The notes beneath the pieces were generated by a model, which saw only the letters and a list, made by a program, of their open reading frames with translations, was not told where the DNA came from and searched no databases. The position numbers and the translations under genes were made by a program. Shown here piece after piece: positions 19,993 through 29,246 of a DNA stretch of 64,000 bases. The DNA comes from Clostridia bacterium. Lineage in GTDB: Bacteria; Bacillota; Clostridia; UBA1381; UMGS1253. The stretch covers positions 30,206-94,205 of the forward strand of contig JAZSQB010000038.1 in NCBI GenBank assembly GCA_045537695.1, given 5' to 3'. Position 1 is the stretch's first letter. The number at the start of each line of letters is the position of its first letter.

Positions 19993-22797
19993 GTGGCATT
20001 TAATGAAAAGGATTTTCAGAACGCAAAAACGGTAAATATACAAAATGCAAAGGTAAGAAAGCATTTTATTCCTTGGGTGCTTATATTGATTGTGCTCGCT
20101 GCGCTGGTGCTTGCGGGTTCTATGTATATACAGTACATTCAGATTCGTGAAGTGGGCGCGCAGTATACGGAAGTGTACTGGACAAATCTGCGGGTTGGTG
20201 CCCTGTCGCAGATCTGCAGCTTTTTGGTTGTGTTTTTGCTTTTTACAGTGAACAATCTTATTGTCCGTAAGCTTGCATGGCGGGAGCATAATGACCTGAA
20301 GGTCATCTCCAAGCTGATGCCGATGTTGCTTATAACTGCGGTGATTGCATTCATTGCCAGCCGTTTTATTGGCGGTAATGTGTACTCGCGATTTCTGGAA
20401 TTTGCAAATGCCACGATGTTTAATCAGTTAGACCCGCTGTTTAACCAAGATATCGGTTACTATATGTTCCAAAGACCGTTCATTATGTCTTTGGTAGACA
20501 GCGCAAAAGTGATTTTAATTATACAGGCAGTGTATACTGTAATTGTGTATTGCATTTTGTATGCGCGAAACGGCGTGGATAATATGGGAGACATTTTAAA
20601 AAGCCGTGGTGTGATTTTGCATTGCTGTATTGATATTTTTCTGATTTTCCTTTGTGTTGCGCTTACATTTAAATTTAATTCTGAAAATCTGTTGTATGGC
20701 ACTTTTGGCAATGACCTAAGTGGTGCCGGTTATACGGACACGTATATCTGGCTTGCGTATTATAAATGTGCGCCGATTATTTTGATCGTTTCCGTTGTGG
20801 TTACCGGATTGATGTTGTGGCGCGGTAAATTCAAGGGTGCCGTTTTCGGTGTGCTCATTTTTCCGGTTGCCTGGATTGTGGCAGGTGTGATTGCATTGGG
20901 CGTGCAGACGCTGGTGGTTGCGCCGAATGATGTCGCGATTGAAACAGACAATATAACCAACAATATAATTATGACCCGCAAGGCATACGGCTTAGATCAG
21001 ATCCGGGAAATTGCGATGCCGATTAACAACACGCTGACCAAGAGTGATTTGGTGGCAAACAGTGAGACGGTTGACAATATTCGTGTATTGGATTACAACT
21101 CTACGGTGACGGCGTATAATAAGCTCCAGGGCATTAAACCGTATTATACCTTTAAGAATACGGATGTTTCCGCTTACACCATCAACGGCAAAAAGACAGC
21201 GGTTGCCATCGGAGCGCGTGAGCTGGATTATGAAAAGCTGAAAACGGATGCAAACGACAGCTATGTCAATAAAACATATAAGTATACGCACGGCTATGGC
21301 ATTGCAGTAAGTCCGCTCAATCGCGCAACGGCAGAGGGACAGCCGGCGTTTATTGCCAAGGATATTCCGATGGAGACGGAGGAAGGCTTTATTGAGGTGC
21401 AGCAGCCGCGCATATATTATGGCGAGTATACCAATAGGCATGTGATTGTAAATACCAAGCTGAAGGAAATAGATTATTCTGAAGGACAGACCAATGTGGA
21501 GTTTTCCTATGATGGGGAAGGCGGTTTGCATTTAAATGCTATGAACCGCGCATTGTTTGCTTTCCTGGAAGGGGATTATAAGCTTTTGGTTTCCGGGCAG
21601 ATTACGTCGGAGTCTAAAATTTTGACCAATCGCAATGTGCGTGAGCGTGTGCGCAGTGTGGCACCGTTCTTTGTTTATGATGACAATCCGTATCTTGTGA
21701 TTTCAGCAGATGGTAAGCTAAAGTGGATTTTAGATGGTTATACGATATCGGACCAGTTCCCGTATGCACAGAAGTATAAGGATTTTAACTATATCCGAAA
21801 TAGCATCAAGGTTGTAGTGGATGCGTATGACGGTACGGTGCAGTTCTACATCAGCGATAAGAATGACCCGATTGTGCAGACGTACAGTAAAATTTATCCG
21901 CACCTGTTTGAAAAAGGAGATTTGCCGGAGGATATCCGCGCGCACGTGCGCTATCCGGAATATCTGTTTAAGGTGCAGGCGGAAATGTATAAAAAGTATC
22001 ATATCACGGATGCACATGTGTTCTACAACAGCAGTGATATCTGGGATATTGCAATGGAGAAATCCGGCTTGAGCGATACGCAGTACATTTTGCCGTACTA
22101 CAATATGATGCAGCTTACAGGCTTGGAGGAATACGGCACAAGTTTGTATCTTACCATGCCGTTTACCATTTTAAACAAAGACTATATCAGCAGCTACTTT
22201 GTTGCCGGATCGGACGGCGACAGCTATGGTAAACTGATAAGTTATCGCTTTGTTAATGCGGAAAAGAATGCATACGGAACGATGCAGATGGAAAACCGTA
22301 TTGACAACGATCCGGACATTTCCGGACAGATGACGCTTTGGGGTCAGGGCGGCTCAAACGTCGTGCGCGGTAATATGATTATTGTGCCGATTAAGGATTC
22401 TCTACTGTATATTGAGCCGGTTTATATCACGACGAGCAATGCGGCTTCCTTCCCGGAATTAAAGCGCGTCATCGTTGGATATAAAGAAAATATTGTTATG
22501 GAAACCACCTTGAATGCCTGCCTGGAAAAACTGTTTGGCGAAGGTGGACTTGTAAGCAGTGCAAAGCCACCGGCAGAGCCGACGAGCGAGAGTGTCGCGG
22601 AGATTATTCCGGAACTGACACCGGATGAAGACCAGGAAACGCCACCGCCGGTAGACGGCAGTGATATTTTGGCGCAGGTGCAGGAGTTGTATAAGCTGTA
22701 TAAGCAATATAACGCAGCCGGTGACTTTGAAAATGCCGGTAAAGTGATGGCAGAGCTCGATAAGCTTTTGTCAGAAGCAAGCGGTATAGAACAGTAA
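19993..22797 (+). CDS. UPF0182 family membrane protein
   Basis: 934 aa. About 7 N-terminal transmembrane segments followed by a large soluble region, with size and architecture typical of the UPF0182/COG1615 family. The family call is from memory of that architecture. GTG start. Confidence 0.7.
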   Translation: MAFNEKDFQNAKTVNIQNAKVRKHFIPWVLILIVLAALVLAGSMYIQYIQIREVGAQYTEVYWTNLRVGALSQICSFLVVFLLFTVNNLIVRKLAWREHNDLKVISKLMPMLLITAVIAFIASRFIGGNVYSRFLEFANATMFNQLDPLFNQDIGYYMFQRPFIMSLVDSAKVILIIQAVYTVIVYCILYARNGVDNMGDILKSRGVILHCCIDIFLIFLCVALTFKFNSENLLYGTFGNDLSGAGYTDTYIWLAYYKCAPIILIVSVVVTGLMLWRGKFKGAVFGVLIFPVAWIVAGVIALGVQTLVVAPNDVAIETDNITNNIIMTRKAYGLDQIREIAMPINNTLTKSDLVANSETVDNIRVLDYNSTVTAYNKLQGIKPYYTFKNTDVSAYTINGKKTAVAIGARELDYEKLKTDANDSYVNKTYKYTHGYGIAVSPLNRATAEGQPAFIAKDIPMETEEGFIEVQQPRIYYGEYTNRHVIVNTKLKEIDYSEGQTNVEFSYDGEGGLHLNAMNRALFAFLEGDYKLLVSGQITSESKILTNRNVRERVRSVAPFFVYDDNPYLVISADGKLKWILDGYTISDQFPYAQKYKDFNYIRNSIKVVVDAYDGTVQFYISDKNDPIVQTYSKIYPHLFEKGDLPEDIRAHVRYPEYLFKVQAEMYKKYHITDAHVFYNSSDIWDIAMEKSGLSDTQYILPYYNMMQLTGLEEYGTSLYLTMPFTILNKDYISSYFVAGSDGDSYGKLISYRFVNAEKNAYGTMQMENRIDNDPDISGQMTLWGQGGSNVVRGNMIIVPIKDSLLYIEPVYITTSNAASFPELKRVIVGYKENIVMETTLNACLEKLFGEGGLVSSAKPPAEPTSESVAEIIPELTPDEDQETPPPVDGSDILAQVQELYKLYKQYNAAGDFENAGKVMAELDKLLSEASGIEQ

Positions 22798-22804
22798 ATA
22801 ATAA

Positions 22805-22835
22805 ATGCATTATCCTAAGGATAGTGCATTTTTTA
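22805..22835 (+). terminator. intrinsic terminator after the UPF0182 gene
   Basis: ATGCATTATCC (22805-22815) pairs with GGATAGTGCAT (22819-22829) with one G-U pair, followed by TTTTT. Confidence 0.7.
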
Positions 22836-22950
22836 TTTATTAGAAATTCAATTTTTAAAAGATTCTTTATACATTTTTGTATCACAGTTTTGATAATTTA
22901 ATACGCAAAGTACAAGCATAAAAACAGATAAAACACACAAACTAAATTGG

Positions 22951-23796
22951 GTGATTTTTATGCTGAAACGCAATTTGATCGACTATGTCTGTATTGCGCT
23001 TGGGGCGCTTGTGATGGCAGTGGGCATCAATCAGTTTTTGGTACCGGTAAAGCTTTCCATTGGCGGTATCGGTTCCATCGGTACGGTGCTTTTGTATTTT
23101 TTGAACATACCGATTTTTGCAACCAATATTGTGCTTAATCTGATTTTGTTTGTTCTGGGCTATAAGGTCATCGGCAAGCATGGGATGATTAAAGCCGCCG
23201 CTGGGGTATTGTTTTTGTCGTTGTTTTTGGGATTGAGCGCATTTTTGCCCGTGTATAGCGAGGATGTACTGATGTGTGCGATTTTTGGCGGACTATTATG
23301 CGGTGTTGGTGTGGGCTTGGTTATTCGAAGTGAAGGCTCTACCGGTGGCAGTGATTTTGCGGCAGTTTTACTGCATAAATTATTCCCACATATTTCCGTT
23401 GCAACGATGCTGCTGATTGTGGATGTTGTGATTGTTGCTGTTTCCGCGCTTGTGTTTCAAAGCATTACGGTAATGCTGTATTCTTTTATTGCCTTGTTTG
23501 TTGCAGCCAAGGTCGCTGATCTAATTTTGACGTTAGGCGATATTGCAAAATCTGTCTATATTCTTTCGGAAAAACATACCGAAATTGCAAAATGGATACA
23601 AACAGAGCTAGTCCGCGGTGTGACCGGCATTTACTGCAAGGGCATGTATGCAAATACAGACGGGACAATGCTTTTGTGCGTGGTCAGTCCAAAACAGTTG
23701 CCTGTGCTTGTGCATGCGATTAAGCAAATTGACAAATCTTCCTTTGTCATTATTTCCGATGCACGTGAGGTACACGGCGAAGGATTTAAAATGTAA
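22951..23796 (+). CDS. YitT family membrane protein (DUF2179 C-terminal domain)
   Basis: 281 aa. Five or six TM helices with the GGSDF-type region, then a soluble C-terminal domain (TGIYCKGMY...VVSPKQL...FVIISDAREVHGEGF), as in YitT-like proteins. Confidence 0.75.
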   Translation: MIFMLKRNLIDYVCIALGALVMAVGINQFLVPVKLSIGGIGSIGTVLLYFLNIPIFATNIVLNLILFVLGYKVIGKHGMIKAAAGVLFLSLFLGLSAFLPVYSEDVLMCAIFGGLLCGVGVGLVIRSEGSTGGSDFAAVLLHKLFPHISVATMLLIVDVVIVAVSALVFQSITVMLYSFIALFVAAKVADLILTLGDIAKSVYILSEKHTEIAKWIQTELVRGVTGIYCKGMYANTDGTMLLCVVSPKQLPVLVHAIKQIDKSSFVIISDAREVHGEGFKM

Positions 23797-23894
23797 TTAA
23801 ATTTGAAATTCTGGAGGAGGGTGTTCGACTCCCCTCGGCTTAAACGAGTCAAGCAGGGTGGAAATTTGTTTTTATTAAAATGAATAATTCTTGC

Positions 23895-23932
23895 AAAAAA
23901 AAACGCATCGAGAATTGTTCGCGATGCGTTTT
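23895..23932. terminator. bidirectional intrinsic terminator between the yitT-like and comB-like genes
   Basis: An A9 run, then CGCATCG (23904-23910) paired with CGATGCG (23922-23928) plus an inner GAA/TTC extension, then TTTT. A-tract and T-tract flanks fit termination in both directions. Confidence 0.65.
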
Positions 23933-24007
23933 GGATATAGCCCGCATAGCGGGCGGATTTTGGTGGCTACGTTCCCATCTACAATTGGATTTAAATGAAA
24001 TTTCGAC

Positions 24008-24742
24008 CTACATCCCTACCGGAATTGCATATTTCGGTAAATCTGCGATGAAAATGCGCTCCATATAGGCAAGACCGTCGTTTTCATCCTGCTTTAAGCG
24101 GAGTATAAACGGAAAGGTATTTACCTGCGTGCACAATGTAAAGTCACGTTCCGGGAAAACAGCATTCTGTTCGGGATCGAAGAATTTTGCGCCATCGGTC
24201 AGCTTGAGCCTTTCGATGCGCTCCTCCAAATCCGCCAGCGGCTTTCCTAATACACAGCTTTTAATATATTCACCGCAAAGTGTATCTTCATCGGTGGGTC
24301 TTTCGCCGTGCAGCCCCATACAAACAAGCGATACATGCTCCGGTTTGATGAGGCTTATGTAATCTGCAATCGCTTTTGCCGTCACCAGACTGCCGCCGAT
24401 GATTTCATCTGCGCCCAATGCATTGGCAACGCCCTGCGTGCCAGCACTGGTGGTATGAATCACCGTTTTGCCGGTAAAATCAATCCCTTCAATCTGCGCA
24501 GGCGAATTGCCGTAGTCGAAGCCTTCGATTTTGACACCGCCGCGTTCGCCGCACAGTATTGCATCGGGATGCTCTGCTTTATACTGAAATGCAACCTCTA
24601 TATCGCCGACGGGAATGACCTTTTCGGCGCCTGCTGCAAGCAGATAAGCCTCCACGCTGAATGCGCGGAACACATCAATGATAACGGTCAGCCCTTTGGC
24701 TTTTTTCGCGCCTTCGACCAGCTGCAAAATTTCAATTTCCAT
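24008..24742 (-). CDS. 2-phosphosulfolactate phosphatase family protein (ComB-like)
   Basis: The N-terminus MEIEILQL...VIIDVFRAFS and overall length match the ComB family. Start placed at ATG 24742 with an AGGAGA RBS. Confidence 0.75.
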   Translation of the reverse strand: MEIEILQLVEGAKKAKGLTVIIDVFRAFSVEAYLLAAGAEKVIPVGDIEVAFQYKAEHPDAILCGERGGVKIEGFDYGNSPAQIEGIDFTGKTVIHTTSAGTQGVANALGADEIIGGSLVTAKAIADYISLIKPEHVSLVCMGLHGERPTDEDTLCGEYIKSCVLGKPLADLEERIERLKLTDGAKFFDPEQNAVFPERDFTLCTQVNTFPFILRLKQDENDGLAYMERIFIADLPKYAIPVGM

Positions 24743-24820
24743 ACAAACATCTCCTATAAAAATTTTGTCCCTGCATAATGGAAAGAGCAACTGCAAGTAA
24801 ACAGCTACTCGCAGTTTTGC

Positions 24821-26272
24821 TTAAGAAAGTTTTTCAATACCCTTTTTGATTCTGGCAATGGTTTCTTCCTTGCCAAGCAGTTCAGCAATTTCCACGCCGC
24901 CGCCCGGGGTGAATTTCTTACCGGAAACGGCTACACGGAGCGGAAATAAAATTACGCCGTTCTTTACGCCGAGAGACTCGATGAGCGCAAAGAGTGCATC
25001 GTGAATTGCGTCGTGCGACCAGGCTTCCAAGCCTTCGAGTACCGGCAGAATCTTTTCGAGTGCATCCTTAGATACTTCCTCGTTGGTCTTCATCTTTTTG
25101 TTGACATACAGCTCTGTATCATAGTCGCAGAGGGTATCGATAAAGTCAATGTTTTCCGGAATATCGGAGAACTTTTCCGTACGGTCGTGCAAAAGTGCAG
25201 ATAGCAGGGCATAGTCTACATCGCGCTTTACAGCCTGCTTGTAGTACGGCATTGCCTTTTCGGTAAACTCTTCCATGGAGAGCTTACGGATATATTCCGC
25301 GTTCATCCAGTTAAGTTTGTTTACGTCAAAGATTGCCGGAGACTTACTGATGCCTGCCACATCGAATGCAGCCACAAGCTCGTCGAGCGAGAAGATTTCC
25401 TGCTCTGTACCCGGGCTCCAGCCGAGGAGTGCAATATAGTTGATGATGGCATCCTTTAAGTAGCCCTTGTTGATAAAGTCTTCGTATGATGCGTCGCCTT
25501 CGCGCTTGGAAAGCTTCTTTTGCGCATCCTTCATAACAGGGGAGCAATGAATGTACTTCGGAATCTCCCAACCGAATGCTTCATAAAGCAGGTTATACTT
25601 CGGTGTGGAGGAGAGGTACTCGCTACCGCGGATAACGTGTGTGATGCCCATCAGATGGTCATCGATTACGTTTGCAAAGTTGTAGGTCGGCAGACCGTCG
25701 GCCTTTAACAGAATGTTATCGTCGAGCGTAGAATTCTCCACGGTGATATCGCCAAACACTTCATCGTGGAAAGAGGTTGTGCCTTCCTGCGGAATCTTTT
25801 GACGGATAACGTACGGTACACCGCTTGCAAGCTTTTCGGCGATTTCTTCCTTGGAGAGTCTGGAGCAATGACCATCGTACTTCGGCGGTACTTTGGATGC
25901 GGTCTGAATCGCACGGAGTTCTTCCAAACGTTCCTTATCACAGAAGCAGTAGTATGCCGCGCCCTTTTCAACGAGCTCTTCAGCGTACTTTTTGTACATG
26001 CCGCGACGTTCGCTCTGTACATACGGGCCGCAGCCGCCGTCCTTGTCCGGACCTTCATCGTGTACAAGACCTGTGTCGGCGAGGGTTTTGTAAATCAGAT
26101 CTACTGCGCCTTCCACGTAACGTTCCTGGTCGGTATCCTCGATTCTTAAAATAAATGTACCTTCGTCGCTCGAGCGCGCAAGCAGCCATGCATACAGTGC
26201 GGTTCTTAAGTTACCAATGTGCATATAGCCGGTCGGGCTCGGCGCGAAACGGGTTCTTACCTTATTTGCCAT
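24821..26272 (-). CDS. gltX: glutamate--tRNA ligase
   Basis: Class I aaRS motifs: HIGH variant ([11 protein letters not shown]) and KMSKS variant (KLSKR). 483 aa from the ATG giving [15 protein letters not shown]. Confidence 0.95.
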   Translation of the reverse strand: MANKVRTRFAPSPTGYMHIGNLRTALYAWLLARSSDEGTFILRIEDTDQERYVEGAVDLIYKTLADTGLVHDEGPDKDGGCGPYVQSERRGMYKKYAEELVEKGAAYYCFCDKERLEELRAIQTASKVPPKYDGHCSRLSKEEIAEKLASGVPYVIRQKIPQEGTTSFHDEVFGDITVENSTLDDNILLKADGLPTYNFANVIDDHLMGITHVIRGSEYLSSTPKYNLLYEAFGWEIPKYIHCSPVMKDAQKKLSKREGDASYEDFINKGYLKDAIINYIALLGWSPGTEQEIFSLDELVAAFDVAGISKSPAIFDVNKLNWMNAEYIRKLSMEEFTEKAMPYYKQAVKRDVDYALLSALLHDRTEKFSDIPENIDFIDTLCDYDTELYVNKKMKTNEEVSKDALEKILPVLEGLEAWSHDAIHDALFALIESLGVKNGVILFPLRVAVSGKKFTPGGGVEIAELLGKEETIARIKKGIEKLS

Positions 26273-26311
26273 AGTGTTCAGCCTCACTATTTCATAAAAT
26301 TTTTCTAATAT

Positions 26312-26340
26312 ATTATAATTCTTTCCTTCTGTATTGTCAA
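26312..26340 (-). promoter_or_regulatory. consensus sigma-A promoter for gltX
   Basis: On the minus strand: TTGACA (26340-26335), 17-nt spacer, TATAAT (26317-26312), about 40 nt upstream of the gltX ATG. Confidence 0.6.
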
Positions 26341-26354
26341 TATAAAGTTATCTT

Positions 26355-27119
26355 TTATAACAGCGTAACTCCCTTTTTTATGAGCGCTTCTTTCAGCGTA
26401 GGCGCAAGCGGGGCATCAGTGACGACATAATCCGCTGCGTCAATTTCGGCGATTTTGGAAAATGCCGTGCGTTCAAATTTCGAGCTGTCGGCAACGACGA
26501 TGCAGGTGTCGGAGAGCGCAATCATCGCCTTGTCCACCTGCGTTTCCTCGGCATAATAGGTGGAAAGTCCGTTTTGCAGCTCCACACCATCCACGGATAG
26601 AATCAGTTTGTCCGCGTGATACTTTTTTAAAATTTCTATCGCATCTTCACCGTGCGCAAATTGGTATTTTGCATTGATATTGCCACCGATGAGCACAATG
26701 TTGTAGTTTGGGTTGCCGGAGGCTTCCAGCGCAATAGAAATGGAGTTGGTGACGATATTTAAGTTGTAGTCGGGCGGCAAGTTGCGAAACGCCAATAGCG
26801 TGGTCGTGCCGGCATTAAACATCACTGTATCGTTGGGCTTAATCAGCGCGGCGGCTTTTTTCGCGATGCGGTCCTTCGGCGCGCGGTTGGTTTCCATGCG
26901 CTGATTTAAATTCATACTGTAGTAGGGACGGTAGGAAAAAATGGCGCCGCCGTGCACCTTCGTTAAGAGTCCCTTGCTTTCCATATCCGTCAGATAATTG
27001 CGGACGGTTACTTCGGAAACGCCGAGCGCCTTGCTTAAGGTAGTCACGCGCACAGAGCCGTCTTTTTTGAGCATTTCCAGTATTTTTGTCTTTCTTTTTT
27101 CCGTTTTCAAAAGCATCAC
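26355..27119 (-). CDS. DeoR family transcriptional regulator
   Basis: N-terminal winged HTH (ILEMLKKDGSVRVTTLSKALGVSEVTVRNYL) and a DeoR C-terminal sugar-phosphate sensor domain. The exact start is uncertain (GTG 27119, ATG 27116 or TTG 27110). Confidence 0.85.
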   Translation of the reverse strand: MMLLKTEKRKTKILEMLKKDGSVRVTTLSKALGVSEVTVRNYLTDMESKGLLTKVHGGAIFSYRPYYSMNLNQRMETNRAPKDRIAKKAAALIKPNDTVMFNAGTTTLLAFRNLPPDYNLNIVTNSISIALEASGNPNYNIVLIGGNINAKYQFAHGEDAIEILKKYHADKLILSVDGVELQNGLSTYYAEETQVDKAMIALSDTCIVVADSSKFERTAFSKIAEIDAADYVVTDAPLAPTLKEALIKKGVTLL

Positions 27120-27162
27120 CCTCTTGCGAATATTTTAACATATTCTACGCTGTTGTCAATAG

Positions 27163-27184
27163 AAAAACTTTCGAAAAACTTTCG
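27163..27184. repeat. tandem 11-nt direct repeat in the deoR / TIM-like divergent intergenic region (candidate operator)
   Basis: AAAAACTTTCG at 27163-27173 is repeated exactly at 27174-27184. Confidence 0.5.
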
Positions 27185-27220
27185 GTTTTTATAAAAAAGA
27201 AAATAAATACTAAAAAACAA

Positions 27221-27249
27221 TTGACAAGCGGCGCTTGTGTTGTTACGAT
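27221..27249 (+). promoter_or_regulatory. candidate promoter of the TIM-like/SIS/YjbQ operon with an embedded palindrome
   Basis: TTGACA (27221-27226), 17-nt spacer, TACGAT (27244-27249). The spacer contains ACAAGC-ggc-GCTTGT (27224-27238). Confidence 0.45.
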
Positions 27250-27284
27250 AAACTTGTAAAACAAAAGAAAGGGGAGTGCAGGAT

Positions 27285-27986
27285 ATGTTAAAAGGACACG
27301 GTATTAAACCGCCGTTTTTTGAGATTGGGCCAAAGGCGATTATTTACGGCGAAGCGATGCTCAAGCTCGCGAAGGTCATCGATAAAACAGCAATGAAATA
27401 TGACGTGGATGTTATTGTAACACCGCAGTATACGGACATTCCGCTGCTGGCAAACAATACGGAGAGAATTTTCGTATTTGCGCAGCATATGGATGCGCTC
27501 AAGCCGGGCAGGGGCCTCGGCAGCGTATTGCCGGAGGCAGTGAAGGCTGCAGGCGCAAAGGGCGTTATGCTCAACCATGCGGAAAAGCCGCTTTCGCTCG
27601 ACGTTGTGGAGCAGACCATCCGTCGTGCAGAGGAGGTTGGACTGGCAACGATTGTTTGTGCAGACACGGTAGAAGATGTTATAACGATTGCGAAAATGGC
27701 GCCGGATATGATTGTCGCAGAGCCAACCGAATTGATTGGCACGGGCACAACGAGTGACAGCAATTATGTGCTGGAGACCATCCGTGCGGTACAGGAAATC
27801 AACGAAGATATTATGGTACTGCAGGGTGCAGGCATTTCCAACGGGCAGGACGTGTACAACACGATTAAGCTCGGTGCGCAGGCGACCGGCTCGACCAGCG
27901 GCGTTTTAAAGGCAGACGACCCGTATGCTATGGTGGAGGAAATGCTGTATAACTTAAGAAAGGCATGGGATGAATTACATGGCTGA
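27285..27986 (+). CDS. triosephosphate isomerase family protein (short, archaeal-like type)
   Basis: About 233 aa. TIM-like motifs sit at the expected positions: an N-terminal Lys (EIGPKA), MLNHAE (compare NHSE), AEPTELIGTG (compare EPPELIGTG) and GAGIS. Start placed at ATG 27285 after GGGGAG. Confidence 0.6.
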   Translation: MLKGHGIKPPFFEIGPKAIIYGEAMLKLAKVIDKTAMKYDVDVIVTPQYTDIPLLANNTERIFVFAQHMDALKPGRGLGSVLPEAVKAAGAKGVMLNHAEKPLSLDVVEQTIRRAEEVGLATIVCADTVEDVITIAKMAPDMIVAEPTELIGTGTTSDSNYVLETIRAVQEINEDIMVLQGAGISNGQDVYNTIKLGAQATGSTSGVLKADDPYAMVEEMLYNLRKAWDELHG

Positions 27987-28587
27987 TTCCATTAAAAAAA
28001 GTGGTTTGGATGCCGCTATTCAGGCTTATGATATTGAGCGCGAATGTCTCGAAGGCTTAAAAGAGCGCTTTGATGCAGAGTCGTTTTCCAAGGCAGTTCG
28101 CCTTTTGGCGGATGCCGAGCGCATCGGCGCGTCCGGTTGCGGTCATTCGGGCATTATTTGTCAGCATTTTGCGCATCTGATGTGCTGCATTGAGCGCCCG
28201 GCAAAATTTATTTCGCCGGCAGAAGCGGTGCACGGCGGTATGGGCTTTTTGCAGAAGGACGATGTTATTTTAATGGCTTCGCGCGGCGGTAAAACAGCCG
28301 AGTTGTTGCCGATTATTGACATCTGCAAGCAAAAGGATGTGCGCATCATTGCCGTAACGGAGAATTTTGAATCTCCGCTCGCGACCAATGCCGACGTGGT
28401 GCTTTGTCAGTACGTCAACCGCGAAACGGACAAGTACAATTCACAGGGTACGACGTCTTCGACGGCGCTTTGCATGATTTTCCACGCATTGCAGGCGGCG
28501 CTCATTGAGGAGACCGACTACACAAACGAACAATTTGCAAGAATTCATCCGGGCGGTGCCGTGGGTGAAAGATTAAACAAAAAATAA
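27970..28587 (+). CDS. SIS domain protein (phosphosugar isomerase/binding, KpsF/PHI-like, no CBS domains)
   Basis: 205 aa. SIS pattern GASGCGHSG...ILMASRGGKTAELL...IIAVTEN. Overlaps the upstream gene by 17 nt. Confidence 0.7.
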   Translation: MNYMADSIKKSGLDAAIQAYDIERECLEGLKERFDAESFSKAVRLLADAERIGASGCGHSGIICQHFAHLMCCIERPAKFISPAEAVHGGMGFLQKDDVILMASRGGKTAELLPIIDICKQKDVRIIAVTENFESPLATNADVVLCQYVNRETDKYNSQGTTSSTALCMIFHALQAALIEETDYTNEQFARIHPGGAVGERLNKK

Positions 28588-28611
28588 TTAAACAAACAGG
28601 AGGAACAAAAA

Positions 28612-29232
28612 ATGGAATTTAAGTTTTTTCAGAAAGAATTAGAATTGCAGTCGAGAGGTTGGATTCCGACTTTCCACGATATCTCCAAGGAGATTATCGA
28701 AATTGTAAAGGCATCCGGCGTTAAGAACGGTACCGTTACAATTGCATCCCACCACACAACCTGCTCCGTTATGGTACAGGAATGCTCCCACGACATCGAC
28801 TCTTTCGATTTGGAGTACCTGCAGCACGACCTGCTCGATATTATGCGCAAGATGATTCCGGACTACACCGATGAAGGTGACTACCGTCATCCGGGCCCGA
28901 TTCATGCACAGTTCGGCAGATACGTAAACGAGCCGGGCGACTTTACAAGCATGAACACAGACGGTCATCTCCGCAGCGTATTCTTCGGCAGAAGCGAAAC
29001 CATGACCATTAAGGATGGCGAGCTCGACGGCGGTGAATTTGCACACGTTTACTTCGTAGACTGGGATCACGTGCGTGCACGTCGCCGTCAGGTAAACGTA
29101 ACTGTTATGGGTATCGGCGAAGAAGTTGTAGACAGAAAGTGGAACAATGGCGAAGTTATCAACACACTGCGTAAGTACACCGATGAAGAAAAAGCATACG
29201 ATGTACACTACACACTCCAGCAGGAAAGATAA
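28612..29232 (+). CDS. YjbQ/UPF0047 family protein with extra length
   Basis: Family-like blocks are present (FHDISKEI...NGTVTIASHHTTCSVMVQE, DGHLRSVFFGRSETMTIKDGEL, VYFVDWDH). At 206 aa it is longer than the family's usual ~140 aa. Strong AGGAGG RBS. Confidence 0.7.
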   Translation: MEFKFFQKELELQSRGWIPTFHDISKEIIEIVKASGVKNGTVTIASHHTTCSVMVQECSHDIDSFDLEYLQHDLLDIMRKMIPDYTDEGDYRHPGPIHAQFGRYVNEPGDFTSMNTDGHLRSVFFGRSETMTIKDGELDGGEFAHVYFVDWDHVRARRRQVNVTVMGIGEEVVDRKWNNGEVINTLRKYTDEEKAYDVHYTLQQER

Positions 29233-29246
29233 GTAAAAATGCAAAC

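Noticed and set aside
23813-23840. tRNA-like 3' fragment (GGAGGAGGGTGTTCGACTCCCCTCGGCT) that could mark an integration scar
   Set aside because: The GTTCGACTCC core resembles a T-loop, but the flanking stem needs a mismatch or a 10-nt loop. There is no full cloverleaf, no CCA or acceptor match, no second repeat copy and no integrase or foreign-looking gene nearby. It is most likely a chance hairpin after the yitT-like gene.
26273-26354. Possible T-box leader upstream of gltX
   Set aside because: Only about 80 nt separate the deoR stop from the gltX start, and a consensus promoter occupies most of it. There is no room for a specifier hairpin, no T-box sequence, and no terminator/antiterminator pair.
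28639-29244. 201-aa minus-strand ORF covering the whole YjbQ-like gene
   Set aside because: It has no RBS and no motif, and it would run into the plus-strand operon. The plus-strand frame has a strong AGGAGG RBS and UPF0047 family blocks.
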